Source: Methanothrix sp.
GTDB lineage: Archaea; Halobacteriota; Methanosarcinia; Methanotrichales; Methanotrichaceae
Direction: 5' to 3'
Length of the DNA: 64,000 nucleotides
Assembly (NCBI GenBank): GCA_963682135.1
Contig: OY821645.1
Coordinates: 32,001-96,000, forward strand
Position numbers and translations under genes: made by a program. The notes below the pieces were generated by a model. The model made no database searches. It saw only the letters and a program-made list of their open reading frames with translations, and was not told the origin of the DNA. Below, in pieces: positions 19,031 to 28,638 of this stretch. How positions within the stretch are numbered: the stretch's first letter is position 1; each line of letters begins with the position of its first letter.

Positions 19031-20377
19031 ATGAGGATTCTGCTGGATAGTAAAATCTATGAGATAACGGCAGATCACGTTCTTTCGAACAATCTACAAG
19101 ATCTCTTAGATGTCCTAAAAGGAGTAGGAGCAGAGGTAATTACCGGACCGTTATCTTTGAAGGACCTAGTAAGAACGGACTTCGTAACCGACTTCTTGGT
19201 AACAGAAGATAGAGACATTCATAAAGATGCTAGCACAAGAGACTTGGACGATAGAGTCCTTCTGGTCGAAGAAGCGCTACAAATTTTTAATAGTTATATA
19301 AATAAAGATATTAAAATAGTGCCGCTTCCTTTGAAGCGTGAGTTAGTTCGGAATTTGAATTATGATGATCATATTTTCGACACGCTAAAAGAAGAATACA
19401 AGCCGAAGTTTGAAGAATGGTTTAAAAAGATCTCAAAGGAGGGTCGAAAAAGCTGGGTATACTATAGGAAAGATGGAACTATCGGTGCAATTCTTATTTA
19501 TAAATTGGAGACGGAGTCAATAGAGGATTCAAAGCCGCCTCTCCCGGAGAGAAAGAGGCTCAAAGTAGCTATGTTAAAGGTTACGTATATTGAGCACAAA
19601 ATTGGGGAGCTATTTATCAAAATGGCGGTGGATGTTTCTGTTAAGAATAACATCGAGGAGATCTATTTAACTCATTTTACCAAACCTAATGACCCGTTAG
19701 TCAAATTGATATCCGAATATGGCTTCAATAAAATAGCCGTAAAGAATAATGGGGAAGATATCTTTGCCAAAAGGCTAATAGTCGAGGGTGTTGTGTCAAA
19801 GAGATTTTCTCCAATCGAAATATCCAAAATATTTTATCCTAGTTTTTATGATGGCGATCAAGTAAAGAAATTCGTTGTTCCTATTCTTCCTGAGTATCAT
19901 AACAAGCTGTTTACCGACTTTTCCAGAAGACAAATTATGCTGCCAGAATACGCCGATGAATTCGTTGTTGAAGGAAATACCATAAAGAAAGCTTATCTCT
20001 CTCATTCGAATATTAAACGAATGGGACGGGGAGATCTTATATTATTTTATAGATCGGAAGATGAACAAGCCATAACATCTCTCGGTGTTGTAGAAGCAGT
20101 CTACACGGGCATAAAAGATGCTGGACAAATACTTCAACTCGTTGGAAAGAGGACCGTCTTCTCCCGTGAAGAAATCGATAAGTGGGTAGAAAAAAGCCCT
20201 GTATCAATCTTTCTTTTCAGACATCACTTCCATTTAATGAGGTCCGTGAACCTAGAGAAGCTAATCGATGGGCAAGTCATTAAAGCAGCTCCCCAGTCGG
20301 TGATGGAGATATCTAGCGAAAAATACGCACTAATAAAAAAAATGGGCGGTATCGATGAACGTTATATTGTCCATTAG
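19031..20377 (+). CDS. Shortened PIN + GNAT-like + EVE/PUA-like multidomain protein
   Basis: ILLDS...DFLVTED (PIN ends), KIGELFIK..EIYLT..YGF (GNAT-like), GNTIKKAYLSHS..GDLILFYRS (PUA/EVE-like). Confidence 0.7.
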   Translation: MRILLDSKIYEITADHVLSNNLQDLLDVLKGVGAEVITGPLSLKDLVRTDFVTDFLVTEDRDIHKDASTRDLDDRVLLVEEALQIFNSYINKDIKIVPLPLKRELVRNLNYDDHIFDTLKEEYKPKFEEWFKKISKEGRKSWVYYRKDGTIGAILIYKLETESIEDSKPPLPERKRLKVAMLKVTYIEHKIGELFIKMAVDVSVKNNIEEIYLTHFTKPNDPLVKLISEYGFNKIAVKNNGEDIFAKRLIVEGVVSKRFSPIEISKIFYPSFYDGDQVKKFVVPILPEYHNKLFTDFSRRQIMLPEYADEFVVEGNTIKKAYLSHSNIKRMGRGDLILFYRSEDEQAITSLGVVEAVYTGIKDAGQILQLVGKRTVFSREEIDKWVEKSPVSIFLFRHHFHLMRSVNLEKLIDGQVIKAAPQSVMEISSEKYALIKKMGGIDERYIVH

Positions 20378-20795
20378 GCCGAAATACGCGGAGTTGATAT
20401 TGAGCGGAGCAAAGAGATATGAGTTTCGCAAATCAATATTTAGTAATAAATATGTTGAAGAAGCTTATATTTATGAAACATATCCGATAAAAAAGATAAT
20501 AGGCGTATTTAATATTGGCAATATAATTAGAGATAGTCCTAAAAGCTTATGGGATCAATTCGGCCATCTTTCCGGGATGAATGAAGCTGAATTCTTCAAT
20601 TATTTCCAGGATATCCAAATCGGCTTTGCAATTGAGATCAAACACTTGGTGATCCTGGACACTCCAATCGATCCAAGGGAAAAGATTTTGGACTTCACTC
20701 CACCTCAATCCTTCTGTTACCTGAAATATTCCTTAGTTCCAGAATGTGTAGCTATTAACGGCCATACCGAGCCACGATTTGGAAGCTTCCTGTGA
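20355..20795 (+). CDS. ASCH/PUA domain protein
   Basis: ILSIRPKYAELILSGAKRYEFRK, YETYP..KIIG, PPQSFCY. Confidence 0.85.
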   Translation: MNVILSIRPKYAELILSGAKRYEFRKSIFSNKYVEEAYIYETYPIKKIIGVFNIGNIIRDSPKSLWDQFGHLSGMNEAEFFNYFQDIQIGFAIEIKHLVILDTPIDPREKILDFTPPQSFCYLKYSLVPECVAINGHTEPRFGSFL

Positions 20796-20797
20796 TC

Positions 20798-20940
20798 CTA
20801 ACGAGAAATGAAGTTGCATGCTGTGCAAAATGCTGCATAGTAAGCTCTGCTGATCGATGATCGCAACTTTGCCTCATCATTGGAGCTTTCGGCCAGCTCT
20901 TCCGCTAGCTCATGGTAAGACTTCCAGTTGAACTCTGCAT
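20798..20940 (-). pseudogene. Truncated HEPN-domain toxin remnant
   Basis: Hand translation AEFNWKSYHELAEELAESSNDEAKLRSSISRAYYAAFCTAC then stop; ATG at 20940 is out of frame. Confidence 0.65.
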
Positions 20941-20949
20941 GCCGCTCTG

Positions 20950-21324
20950 CTATCTGTATTCCACCTTAATACAGATATCTGCAGGCGAAGTGCTTGAGGC
21001 ACCAAGCCACCAGCTATCATCAAAAGCATCCAGCTTTCTGAGGGCATCGCTTGGCGGAAGGCTGGTAGATATGGAGATCAAAAGCTCTCTTTCATTCGGT
21101 GAGCCGGGATCTCTGAGTACTTCCATAAAGATCTCGCCCAGTGGAAAATGCTCTCGGATTCTCTCTTGCGCCTCTGAGACTAATGCAATGGCTGAAGGCT
21201 CCTTCTTTAAGAAGTCATACACATCATCAGGCCTCCGATGAGTATAATCCATGGCCATTGCCACAATATCCCTATTCAGATTATCAATTCCAGCGAACCT
21301 GGCTTCCAACTTTTGCACAAGCAT
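20950..21324 (-). CDS. Hypothetical protein, probable antitoxin partner of the HEPN remnant
   Basis: 124 aa ORF directly upstream of the HEPN remnant; VYDFL...ALRKLDAFDDSWW. Confidence 0.6.
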   Translation of the reverse strand: MLVQKLEARFAGIDNLNRDIVAMAMDYTHRRPDDVYDFLKKEPSAIALVSEAQERIREHFPLGEIFMEVLRDPGSPNERELLISISTSLPPSDALRKLDAFDDSWWLGASSTSPADICIKVEYR

Positions 21325-21423
21325 CTCCTGAATAATGATCCGAGTCGATAATATTTATCTCTTTGGTCTGCGAATATTGTCGCGGATCGTGTAGAGATCC
21401 GACAGGCAGTAAAGGATGAACGG

Positions 21424-22002
21424 ATGATCAATAATCGGTGGAAAGAAGCCTTCCTGGGAACTGTCCAGCATTACGAGAATGCCGGCCTGCTCCGAACGGC
21501 AGCCCTGGATGAGCGGCTGGCGGACTGGACGGCACACCTCACAGGTGCTGTGGTCCAGACCTGCGATAGCTTGGGCTGGGTTTCGGCTGCTAAGGGAAAT
21601 AAGCTGCATATCCTGCCCATACCCCACTGTGAATATCTCACCCTGGACGTTATGGCTTTCGCTCCTGCGTCCTCCGGCGGCTGGTGTTTTCCAGTCGCTG
21701 TCGCTGAGCTGGAGAACAGCCCTGACGAAAGAAGGATCGCTTATTCCCTCTGGAAGGTCCTCTGCGTGAGATCAGACCTGCGGATCGTCTTCTGCTACCG
21801 CCATAGCTTCGCAGACGCTCCGGCGCTGGTCAGATACCTTGGTCAGGAAGTAGTAAAGGCATTACCCGTAGAAGATCGAATGAACCTCAAAGGTGAGACC
21901 TACCTGGTCGTCGGAAGCAGGAACGATTCCGCCACTTTCCCTTACGGCTTCTTCAAGTGGTGGCAGCTTGACAAAAACACCGGAAACTTTAACGTTATGT
22001 AA
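21424..22002 (+). CDS. Hypothetical protein, possible PD-(D/E)xK-like nuclease fold
   Basis: EYLTLDVMAF...PVAVAELEN pattern; directly upstream of the DUF499 gene. Confidence 0.6.
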   Translation: MINNRWKEAFLGTVQHYENAGLLRTAALDERLADWTAHLTGAVVQTCDSLGWVSAAKGNKLHILPIPHCEYLTLDVMAFAPASSGGWCFPVAVAELENSPDERRIAYSLWKVLCVRSDLRIVFCYRHSFADAPALVRYLGQEVVKALPVEDRMNLKGETYLVVGSRNDSATFPYGFFKWWQLDKNTGNFNVM

Positions 22003-22027
22003 TTAAATCGCTTCCATCAACGGGAGC

Positions 22028-25000
22028 ATGGAAGAAATGGCACTTACACCCTGGCATAAATCGGCTACGCCGCGTGAAGACCTGCGCAAAGGCAAGCCAA
22101 TGGACGCAGCGGAATTCGCCGTAAACCTCGATCGAGTCAGGGATGGCAAAGCGCCTGATGATTACAAGGACCCAAGGCAGTTCTTCGAGAGAACTTACCT
22201 CACCAAGAATCTGACCGCACTGGCCGCGGAGGTACAGCGCCGCTTTTCCGGCATTCGGACGGAGACTTCCGCCGTCTTCAATATGGCCACCCAGTTTGGC
22301 GGAGGAAAGACTCACGCACTCACCCTGCTTTACCACCTGGCCAGAAACGGCCCGGCCGCTAATGAGTGGCCAGGCGTTAGTAAGATCCTGGGCCAGGCAG
22401 GACTTGATAGTATTCCAAGGGCAGCGACTGCCGTCTTCGTGGGCACTGAATTCGACTCTATTGCCGGAAAGGGTGGCAATGGAAACGGCGAGCCCCTGCG
22501 AAAGACGCCCTGGGGCGAGATAGCCTTCCAATTGAGCGGTGCGCAGGGCTTTTCTGTAGTCGAGGAGCATGATAAACTGAAGACCGCACCGGGCGGCGAT
22601 GTGATCCGCAGTTTTCTGCCTAAAGATCGGCCTTGCCTCATCCTCATGGACGAGCTGATGAACTACGTCAGCAGAAACCGCGAGTCCGGTCTCTCCGATC
22701 AGCTTTACAACTTCATCCAGAACCTGACAAACGTCGCCAGCGGTGAGGACCGGGTGGTCCTGGTGGCCTCCATTCCCGGTTCCCAGATGGAGATGAACGA
22801 AGCTGATTTTTCTGACTACAACAGCTTCAAGAAAATCATGGATAAGCACGGCAAAGCGGTGATGATATCCGCCGAGGCTGAAACCTCAGAGATCATACGC
22901 AGAAGGCTGTTTGAGTGGGGTCCTGAGGAAATATCCTCTGACGGAAAGATTCGGCTGGGCGCTGAAGCCAAAAAGACCTGCAAAGCTTACGCCTCCTGGG
23001 TCAAGGCTCATCGGCATCAAGTTCCTGGCTGGTTTCCTGTCGATCATGCCGAAGAAATGTTTGAGGCGACCTATCCTTTTCATCCCATGGTCCTCTCCGT
23101 CTTTGAGACGAAATGGCAAGCTCTTCCCAGGTTCCAGAGGACACGCGGCATTCTCCGTCTTCTTGCTCTCTGGGTATCCAAGGTCTATCAAGAAAACTAT
23201 ACTGACGCCCATTCTGACGCTCTAATCGGCCTTGGCACGGCTCCTTTAGAAGATCCGATTTTCCGTGCAGCTATCTTCGAGCAGCTCGGCGAGGATCGCC
23301 TGGAAGGATCAGTTACGACAGACATTGCAGGACGAAAAGAGGCCCATGCCGTAAGGCTTGACAATGAGGCCGGCTCTAGCATCAAGAAGGCCCGCCTGCA
23401 CCGGAAGGTAGCTACTGTCATTCTCTTTGAATCCAATGGTGGCCAGACACACGGCACACAAGCGACTCTGCCGGAAATACGCCTGGCAGTGGCGGAGCCG
23501 GATCTTGATATCGGAAATATCGAGACAGTCTTGGATACTCTTTCCAGCAACTGTTATTACCTGGAGGCCTACGGGACGAGCTACAGATTCGGTCTGCAGA
23601 TACAACTGCCCAAGATTCATGCCGACCGCAAGGCAAGTGTCCCTAAGCCGGAAATTGATGAGTGCTTGAAGAATGCCATAATTAAGGTCTTCAATGAAAG
23701 CAATATCATCAAGACGGTATTCTTCCCGGAGAAGAGCAGCGATATCCAGGATAATCCTGCCCTGGCCCTCATTGTCCTGTCTCCAGATCATCGCAGATTG
23801 GACCATGTGGCTATGGACCTTGTTGAGTCCATGACTAAAGATCATGGTACCTCTGCCAGGACGTACAAAAGTGCTCTGATCTGGGCTATGGTTGATAATG
23901 ATGCGAATCTGACGAGCGAAGCTCGTAATGCTCTTGCCTGGGAGAAGATCCATGATGAGGCGGATCAACTGCATCTCAACGAGAGGCAGAATAGAGAAGT
24001 AAACGAGAAGATCGGCAAAGCTAAACGAGACCTTAGAGAAGCAGTCTGGAGAAGCTACAAGAACCTTGCTATCCTTGGAAAGGATAACAGGATCTCCTTG
24101 ATAGATCTTGGCCTGATTCATTCCAGCGCCGCTAAGACCATTGTGGACCTTTATCTTATGCAACTGAGGCAGAAAGACACTATCACCAGCAGCATCAGCC
24201 CCAATTTTCTATTCAAGAACTGGCCCCCGGCTTTTAAGGAATGGTCGACGAAGTCGGTTCGTGATGCATTTTTTGCGTCACCTCAGTTTCCGAGAATATT
24301 GAATCCGGATGCTGTAAAGGAAGCCATCTCAAAAGGCGTTTCTAACGGGATCTTTGCATACGTTGGCAAGTCTGCAGCAGGCGAATATGATCCTGTCTAT
24401 TACAATATTGGCCTACTACCCGAAGAGGTAGAAATATCAGAGGAATGGTTCATTGTGAAGGAGCCCAAGACACCAGAGCTTCATGAGATCATTGTATCCC
24501 CTAATCAGACAAGCATCAAGCCGGGTGAGGAAGTTGCATTTACTGCAATTGGGCTAAGCAAGCAGGGTTTAGAAGTTAAGATAGATGCATTAAACTGGAT
24601 TGCAACAGGCGGCACTATCAATGCACCTGGTATCTTTAAGGCAGGGACCGAAGAGGGTGTTTTTTCTGTAAATGCAATTGCATGTGATGTCAAGGGATCG
24701 GCTTGTGTCACCATCTTAGCAGCGGGCGTGGGCCGAGCATTGAAACGTGTGACAGTATCTCCACAAGATTCGCATATCGGACCCGGCAAGACACAGGTAT
24801 TTACTGCAAAAGGATTTGACAAAGATGGCCTTGAAGTGCCATTAGTTAAGATCGATTGGAGTGCGACAGGCGGCACAATCGATGGTAATGGGGTCTTCCA
24901 GGCAGGCCAAGAGGAAGGCGTCTTCAAGGTAACTGCGATAGCGAGGGATGCTAACGGCTCTGCATCTCTTAAAGTCGGGTGGCTAAGTCCTCACTGGGAT

Positions 25001-25180
25001 GGAGAAATACCACATCAAAAATGGACACAATTCTATAACAGGATCCTATCTAAGTTTGCAGTCCGCAAAGGGTTGAAGCTGACGGTAGCCGTGGATATTT
25101 TGGATGCCTCTGAGGAAGAAGTTGAGGATATGAGGACGGCTCTACGCGAACTGGGTCTTGAGGATACAGTCATAGTGTAG
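22028..25180 (+). CDS. DUF499 AAA+ ATPase with tandem Ig-like C-terminal repeats
   Basis: PREDL, EFAVNL, Walker A TQFGGGKTH, Walker B ILMDE, YPFHP, FQRTRGILR. Confidence 0.9.
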   Translation: MEEMALTPWHKSATPREDLRKGKPMDAAEFAVNLDRVRDGKAPDDYKDPRQFFERTYLTKNLTALAAEVQRRFSGIRTETSAVFNMATQFGGGKTHALTLLYHLARNGPAANEWPGVSKILGQAGLDSIPRAATAVFVGTEFDSIAGKGGNGNGEPLRKTPWGEIAFQLSGAQGFSVVEEHDKLKTAPGGDVIRSFLPKDRPCLILMDELMNYVSRNRESGLSDQLYNFIQNLTNVASGEDRVVLVASIPGSQMEMNEADFSDYNSFKKIMDKHGKAVMISAEAETSEIIRRRLFEWGPEEISSDGKIRLGAEAKKTCKAYASWVKAHRHQVPGWFPVDHAEEMFEATYPFHPMVLSVFETKWQALPRFQRTRGILRLLALWVSKVYQENYTDAHSDALIGLGTAPLEDPIFRAAIFEQLGEDRLEGSVTTDIAGRKEAHAVRLDNEAGSSIKKARLHRKVATVILFESNGGQTHGTQATLPEIRLAVAEPDLDIGNIETVLDTLSSNCYYLEAYGTSYRFGLQIQLPKIHADRKASVPKPEIDECLKNAIIKVFNESNIIKTVFFPEKSSDIQDNPALALIVLSPDHRRLDHVAMDLVESMTKDHGTSARTYKSALIWAMVDNDANLTSEARNALAWEKIHDEADQLHLNERQNREVNEKIGKAKRDLREAVWRSYKNLAILGKDNRISLIDLGLIHSSAAKTIVDLYLMQLRQKDTITSSISPNFLFKNWPPAFKEWSTKSVRDAFFASPQFPRILNPDAVKEAISKGVSNGIFAYVGKSAAGEYDPVYYNIGLLPEEVEISEEWFIVKEPKTPELHEIIVSPNQTSIKPGEEVAFTAIGLSKQGLEVKIDALNWIATGGTINAPGIFKAGTEEGVFSVNAIACDVKGSACVTILAAGVGRALKRVTVSPQDSHIGPGKTQVFTAKGFDKDGLEVPLVKIDWSATGGTIDGNGVFQAGQEEGVFKVTAIARDANGSASLKVGWLSPHWDGEIPHQKWTQFYNRILSKFAVRKGLKLTVAVDILDASEEEVEDMRTALRELGLEDTVIV

Positions 25181-25194
25181 ATCAGATGTCATTC

Positions 25195-25773
25195 TCAGTC
25201 ATTTTTCTTCCCCGACAGTTTTTTCCCAATGATATCTCGAATCGGCTGGATCTGGCCTCGCTTGGCGCTCATGGGAGCAATCCGGTCCGTCCACTGCGTC
25301 CAGGGGGGCATCATACCCAGCCTCTCGCAGATAAGATCCAGTGCTCCATCCACGTCCACCTTGGCGATGCGATCCATCTTGTTTGCCGCCAAAACCACAT
25401 CCAGCCCCATATCGGTCAGGAACTGCCAGAGTTCGATCTCAAAAGGCACCTCTCCCCGTCCTTCCCAGCGATCGGCGATATCCAGGAAAGAGGCCGCATC
25501 GATCACCTGTATGGCCAAAATGATCTCCTCTGCATTCTGCTCGAAATAATGCACGATCAAGTCCTTGGTCTTCTCCTGATCGGCGCGGGTTGCTTTGAGC
25601 ATGAAACCGTACCCCGGCATATCTACGTAATAGATGTCCCCGACCTTTGTCTTGAAGGGGTACTGAGTGATTCCGGGGCGTTTTCCTACCCGGACCTTTT
25701 TTCCCGTAAGCTCCCAAAAGAGGGTGGATTTGCCGACGTTGGACCTGCCGATGAGGACGATCTCCCTGGACAT
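25195..25773 (-). CDS. engB: GTP-binding protein EngB
   Basis: GRSNVGKS, PGIT, DMPGYG, NKMD, SAK. Confidence 0.9.
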   Translation of the reverse strand: MSREIVLIGRSNVGKSTLFWELTGKKVRVGKRPGITQYPFKTKVGDIYYVDMPGYGFMLKATRADQEKTKDLIVHYFEQNAEEIILAIQVIDAASFLDIADRWEGRGEVPFEIELWQFLTDMGLDVVLAANKMDRIAKVDVDGALDLICERLGMMPPWTQWTDRIAPMSAKRGQIQPIRDIIGKKLSGKKND

Positions 25774-25832
25774 AATAATCATAAAGAAGGGCAAGATTGA
25801 AAAGGATGCCTATGCAAAGTTAGGTAGAATAA

Positions 25833-26438
25833 ATGACTGAGATGATTCGGCTGAATAGAGATCCAAAATATGTCGCCTTGCAGCTCCTCTCAGCTATCTC
25901 CTTGCCGGACGGGCAGGTCTTCCGGGAGCTGGACGCTACCCGCTACACCACCGTTGATTACTATCGCATGGCCTGCCACCTGATCTTTGAATGCCAGAGG
26001 TGCGCAAGCTGCTGCAAAATGGGCGACCCGATAAGGCTGCGGCAGGAAGATGTAGCTCTACTGGCCAGGGGCCTCAAGATACCTATCAATAAGGCCCTTA
26101 AGAAGTACACTATCAAGGACCCGCAAAAAGAGGGAGTATTGAACTTCAAGCATATCTTGCCCTGCAAATTCTATGATCCATCAGCGAAGGGCTGCAAGAT
26201 TTATGACATCCGGCCCTGGTCCTGCCGCATCTTTCCCTTCCTGGGAATTTACGGATCTGAGGATAGAGTCGTGGTGAATGAATCATGTCCAGGATCGATC
26301 GAGACCATGAATGTCCTGAAAGAGGCGATAGAGGCAGTCAGGGCAGATGCAGATATATCTAATGCTGCGAACCCAGCAGAAGTAAGAAGTGCAAAGCTGT
26401 TTTTGAGAGAGGCTTTGAACTCAATTCAATTCAAATAA
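25833..26438 (+). CDS. YkgJ family Cys-cluster protein
   Basis: CQRCASCC, PCKF, CKIYDIRPWSCRIFPF. Confidence 0.85.
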   Translation: MTEMIRLNRDPKYVALQLLSAISLPDGQVFRELDATRYTTVDYYRMACHLIFECQRCASCCKMGDPIRLRQEDVALLARGLKIPINKALKKYTIKDPQKEGVLNFKHILPCKFYDPSAKGCKIYDIRPWSCRIFPFLGIYGSEDRVVVNESCPGSIETMNVLKEAIEAVRADADISNAANPAEVRSAKLFLREALNSIQFK

Positions 26439-26498
26439 TCATTCATCGTCTTATGGCGATATGTTTATATTCGAATAGGCACTAGATCCGTTCTCATC

Positions 26499-26843
26499 AT
26501 GACAGCAAAATCGGTCTCAAATCTGCGCGTTAAGATCCTCAGTGCCTTATCCGATCCCACCCGGCTACAGCTGCTGGAATATTTATCGGGTGGCGAGAGG
26601 TGCGTCTGCGAGATTCTACCGGCATTTCAAAGATCCCAATCTACCATATCCAAGCATCTGAATATCCTCTACGAAGCAGATATTTTGGAGCGCAAGGTAG
26701 ACGGAAAAAGGACAATCTACTGCATAAAAGATCCAAAGGTATTGGAATTAATTCGCATGGTAGATTCTCTGGCCTTAACGCAGATATCACAGCTTGCCGA
26801 GGCTGGTAAAATTTTGGAGAAATCGCTCAGCAACAATCAATGA
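26499..26843 (+). CDS. ArsR/SmtB family regulator
   Basis: ALSDPTRLQLL, ERCVCEI, SQSTISKHL. Confidence 0.9.
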   Translation: MTAKSVSNLRVKILSALSDPTRLQLLEYLSGGERCVCEILPAFQRSQSTISKHLNILYEADILERKVDGKRTIYCIKDPKVLELIRMVDSLALTQISQLAEAGKILEKSLSNNQ

Positions 26844-26876
26844 ACCGCAGTTATCTAAAAAGGAGATGATCTGCAA

Positions 26877-27956
26877 ATGGTTACTTACACCATCATGGCG
26901 GCCTTGCAGGCAGGACTATCAACATTGCTGGAATACTTATCAGCACATGTCTTAACCTGTCTTATACCGGCATTCTTCATTGCCGGAGCCATAGCCGCAC
27001 TCTTGCACAAGGAAACTGTGCTTAAATACTTCGGAGCCGATGCCCCCAAGTGGCTCTGCTACAGTGTGGCAGCCACTTCGGGCACGATCCTGGCCGTATG
27101 CAGCTGTACCATCCTGCCCATGTTCGCAGGAATCCAAAAGAGAGGTGCTGGGATCGGTCCGGCCACGGCATTCCTCTTCTCTGGGCCGGCCATTAACCTC
27201 ATGGCCATCATCCTCACGGCGCGGGTCCTGGGTCTCGATCTAGGCATAGCCAGGGCAGTGGCTGCAGTGAGCATGGCTGTCGTCATCGGCCTGATCATGG
27301 CTGCCATATTCCAGAAATCTGAAAAGAGATGCGAATCATCGCCTGCGCCAGCTTTCCAGGTCGATTCCGATCCCGAGGCGAAGAGTCGTCCCAGCTATAT
27401 CACAGGCTTATTCATGGCCGTTCTGGTTGCCATATTGCTGGTGGCCACCTCCAGTCTCTTCGAATTGCTGCCCAAAGCAATAATCGTGGGTGTACTGGTA
27501 CTCGTAGCGGCCTTCCTCATGAAAACCTACTATCAGCCCGAAGAGCGGGAGGCATTCCTCTCTGAAACATGGTGGCTCACCAAGAAGATCTTTCCCCTGC
27601 TGGTAGTCGGCACATTTATCACCGGCATAATCGGCTACTTCTTGCCTGTGGAGTGGATCAGAACTCTATTCGGCACGAACAACTTCATATCTTGCTTCGT
27701 GGCCTCGGCAATCGGCGCTCTGCTCTACATGCCCACCTTGCTGGAAGTTCCCATTGTCGGAACGCTCTTCGGCTACAGTAGCGGAGTTACCGCCGCGGGC
27801 CCAGCTTTATCTTTACTGCTGGCCGGGCCTTCTTTGAGCCTGCCCAGCATGATTGTAATCACAAGGATCATGGGCCTGAAGAAAGCCGGTGTCTATATTG
27901 TACTGGTTGTTCTGATATCGACGCTGTCAGGTATGATCTATGGAGCGATAGTTTAA
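26877..27956 (+). CDS. ArsP/DUF318 family permease
   Basis: HVLTCLIPAFFIAG, AVCSCTILP, FLFSGPAIN, LLAGPSLSLP. Confidence 0.9.
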   Translation: MVTYTIMAALQAGLSTLLEYLSAHVLTCLIPAFFIAGAIAALLHKETVLKYFGADAPKWLCYSVAATSGTILAVCSCTILPMFAGIQKRGAGIGPATAFLFSGPAINLMAIILTARVLGLDLGIARAVAAVSMAVVIGLIMAAIFQKSEKRCESSPAPAFQVDSDPEAKSRPSYITGLFMAVLVAILLVATSSLFELLPKAIIVGVLVLVAAFLMKTYYQPEEREAFLSETWWLTKKIFPLLVVGTFITGIIGYFLPVEWIRTLFGTNNFISCFVASAIGALLYMPTLLEVPIVGTLFGYSSGVTAAGPALSLLLAGPSLSLPSMIVITRIMGLKKAGVYIVLVVLISTLSGMIYGAIV

Positions 27957-27981
27957 ATTGATAAATTCGGGTGATGAAAAA

Positions 27982-28218
27982 ATGGTGAAGATTGAAGTCC
28001 TGGGAACAGGCTGCGCAAAGTGCAAGAGCCTGCTCAAGAGTGTGGAGAAGGCAGTTGCAGAATCGGACATAGCAGCAGAAGTGATCAAGGTGGACAGCAT
28101 CCAGGAGATCATGGACCGGGGAGTGATGATGACCCCTGCCCTGTATATCGATGGCAAATCCGTGATGATGGGCAGGACTGCCACCGTGGAAGAGATCAAA
28201 AGATTACTGAAGAAATGA
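27982..28218 (+). CDS. Small thioredoxin-like redox disulfide protein (MTH895 type)
   Basis: IEVLGTGCAKC, GVMMTPAL. Confidence 0.9.
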   Translation: MVKIEVLGTGCAKCKSLLKSVEKAVAESDIAAEVIKVDSIQEIMDRGVMMTPALYIDGKSVMMGRTATVEEIKRLLKK

Positions 28219-28249
28219 TGTTTGGATTGATCAATAGGGGAATATTAGT

Positions 28250-28600
28250 ATGCCATTTATGAAGGATATGCTGCCTGAGACATCTGAAGCTTTTGATAAG
28301 TTGAGAGATACGATTTTCAATGGTGGAGAGATAGATCGGAAAACAAAGGAACTTATTGCTGTTGCTTGCTCAGTTCTCATGCGCTGCCAATTTTGTGTCC
28401 ATACGCACTCCCAAAGGGCCATTGCTCATGGAGCAAGCAAAAAGGAGATTTCTGAGGCGATTTCCATTGCCATGTTCATTGCCGGCGGCACCCAGCTTGG
28501 CTGGACAAATGATCTCGGCAAAAGCGCTTATGATCTAATATTCGAAGACAAAAAATCAGAAGAACTAAACGAAGGAAAAAGATGCAGTTGCGGGCAATAG
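28250..28600 (+). CDS. Carboxymuconolactone decarboxylase/AhpD-like protein
   Basis: KTKELIAVACS..RCQFCVHTH..A..GAS..EI.EA. Confidence 0.85.
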   Translation: MPFMKDMLPETSEAFDKLRDTIFNGGEIDRKTKELIAVACSVLMRCQFCVHTHSQRAIAHGASKKEISEAISIAMFIAGGTQLGWTNDLGKSAYDLIFEDKKSEELNEGKRCSCGQ

Positions 28601-28638
28601 GTTGTTGAACAATTGGAAATAGGTATGAGGTTTTATTC

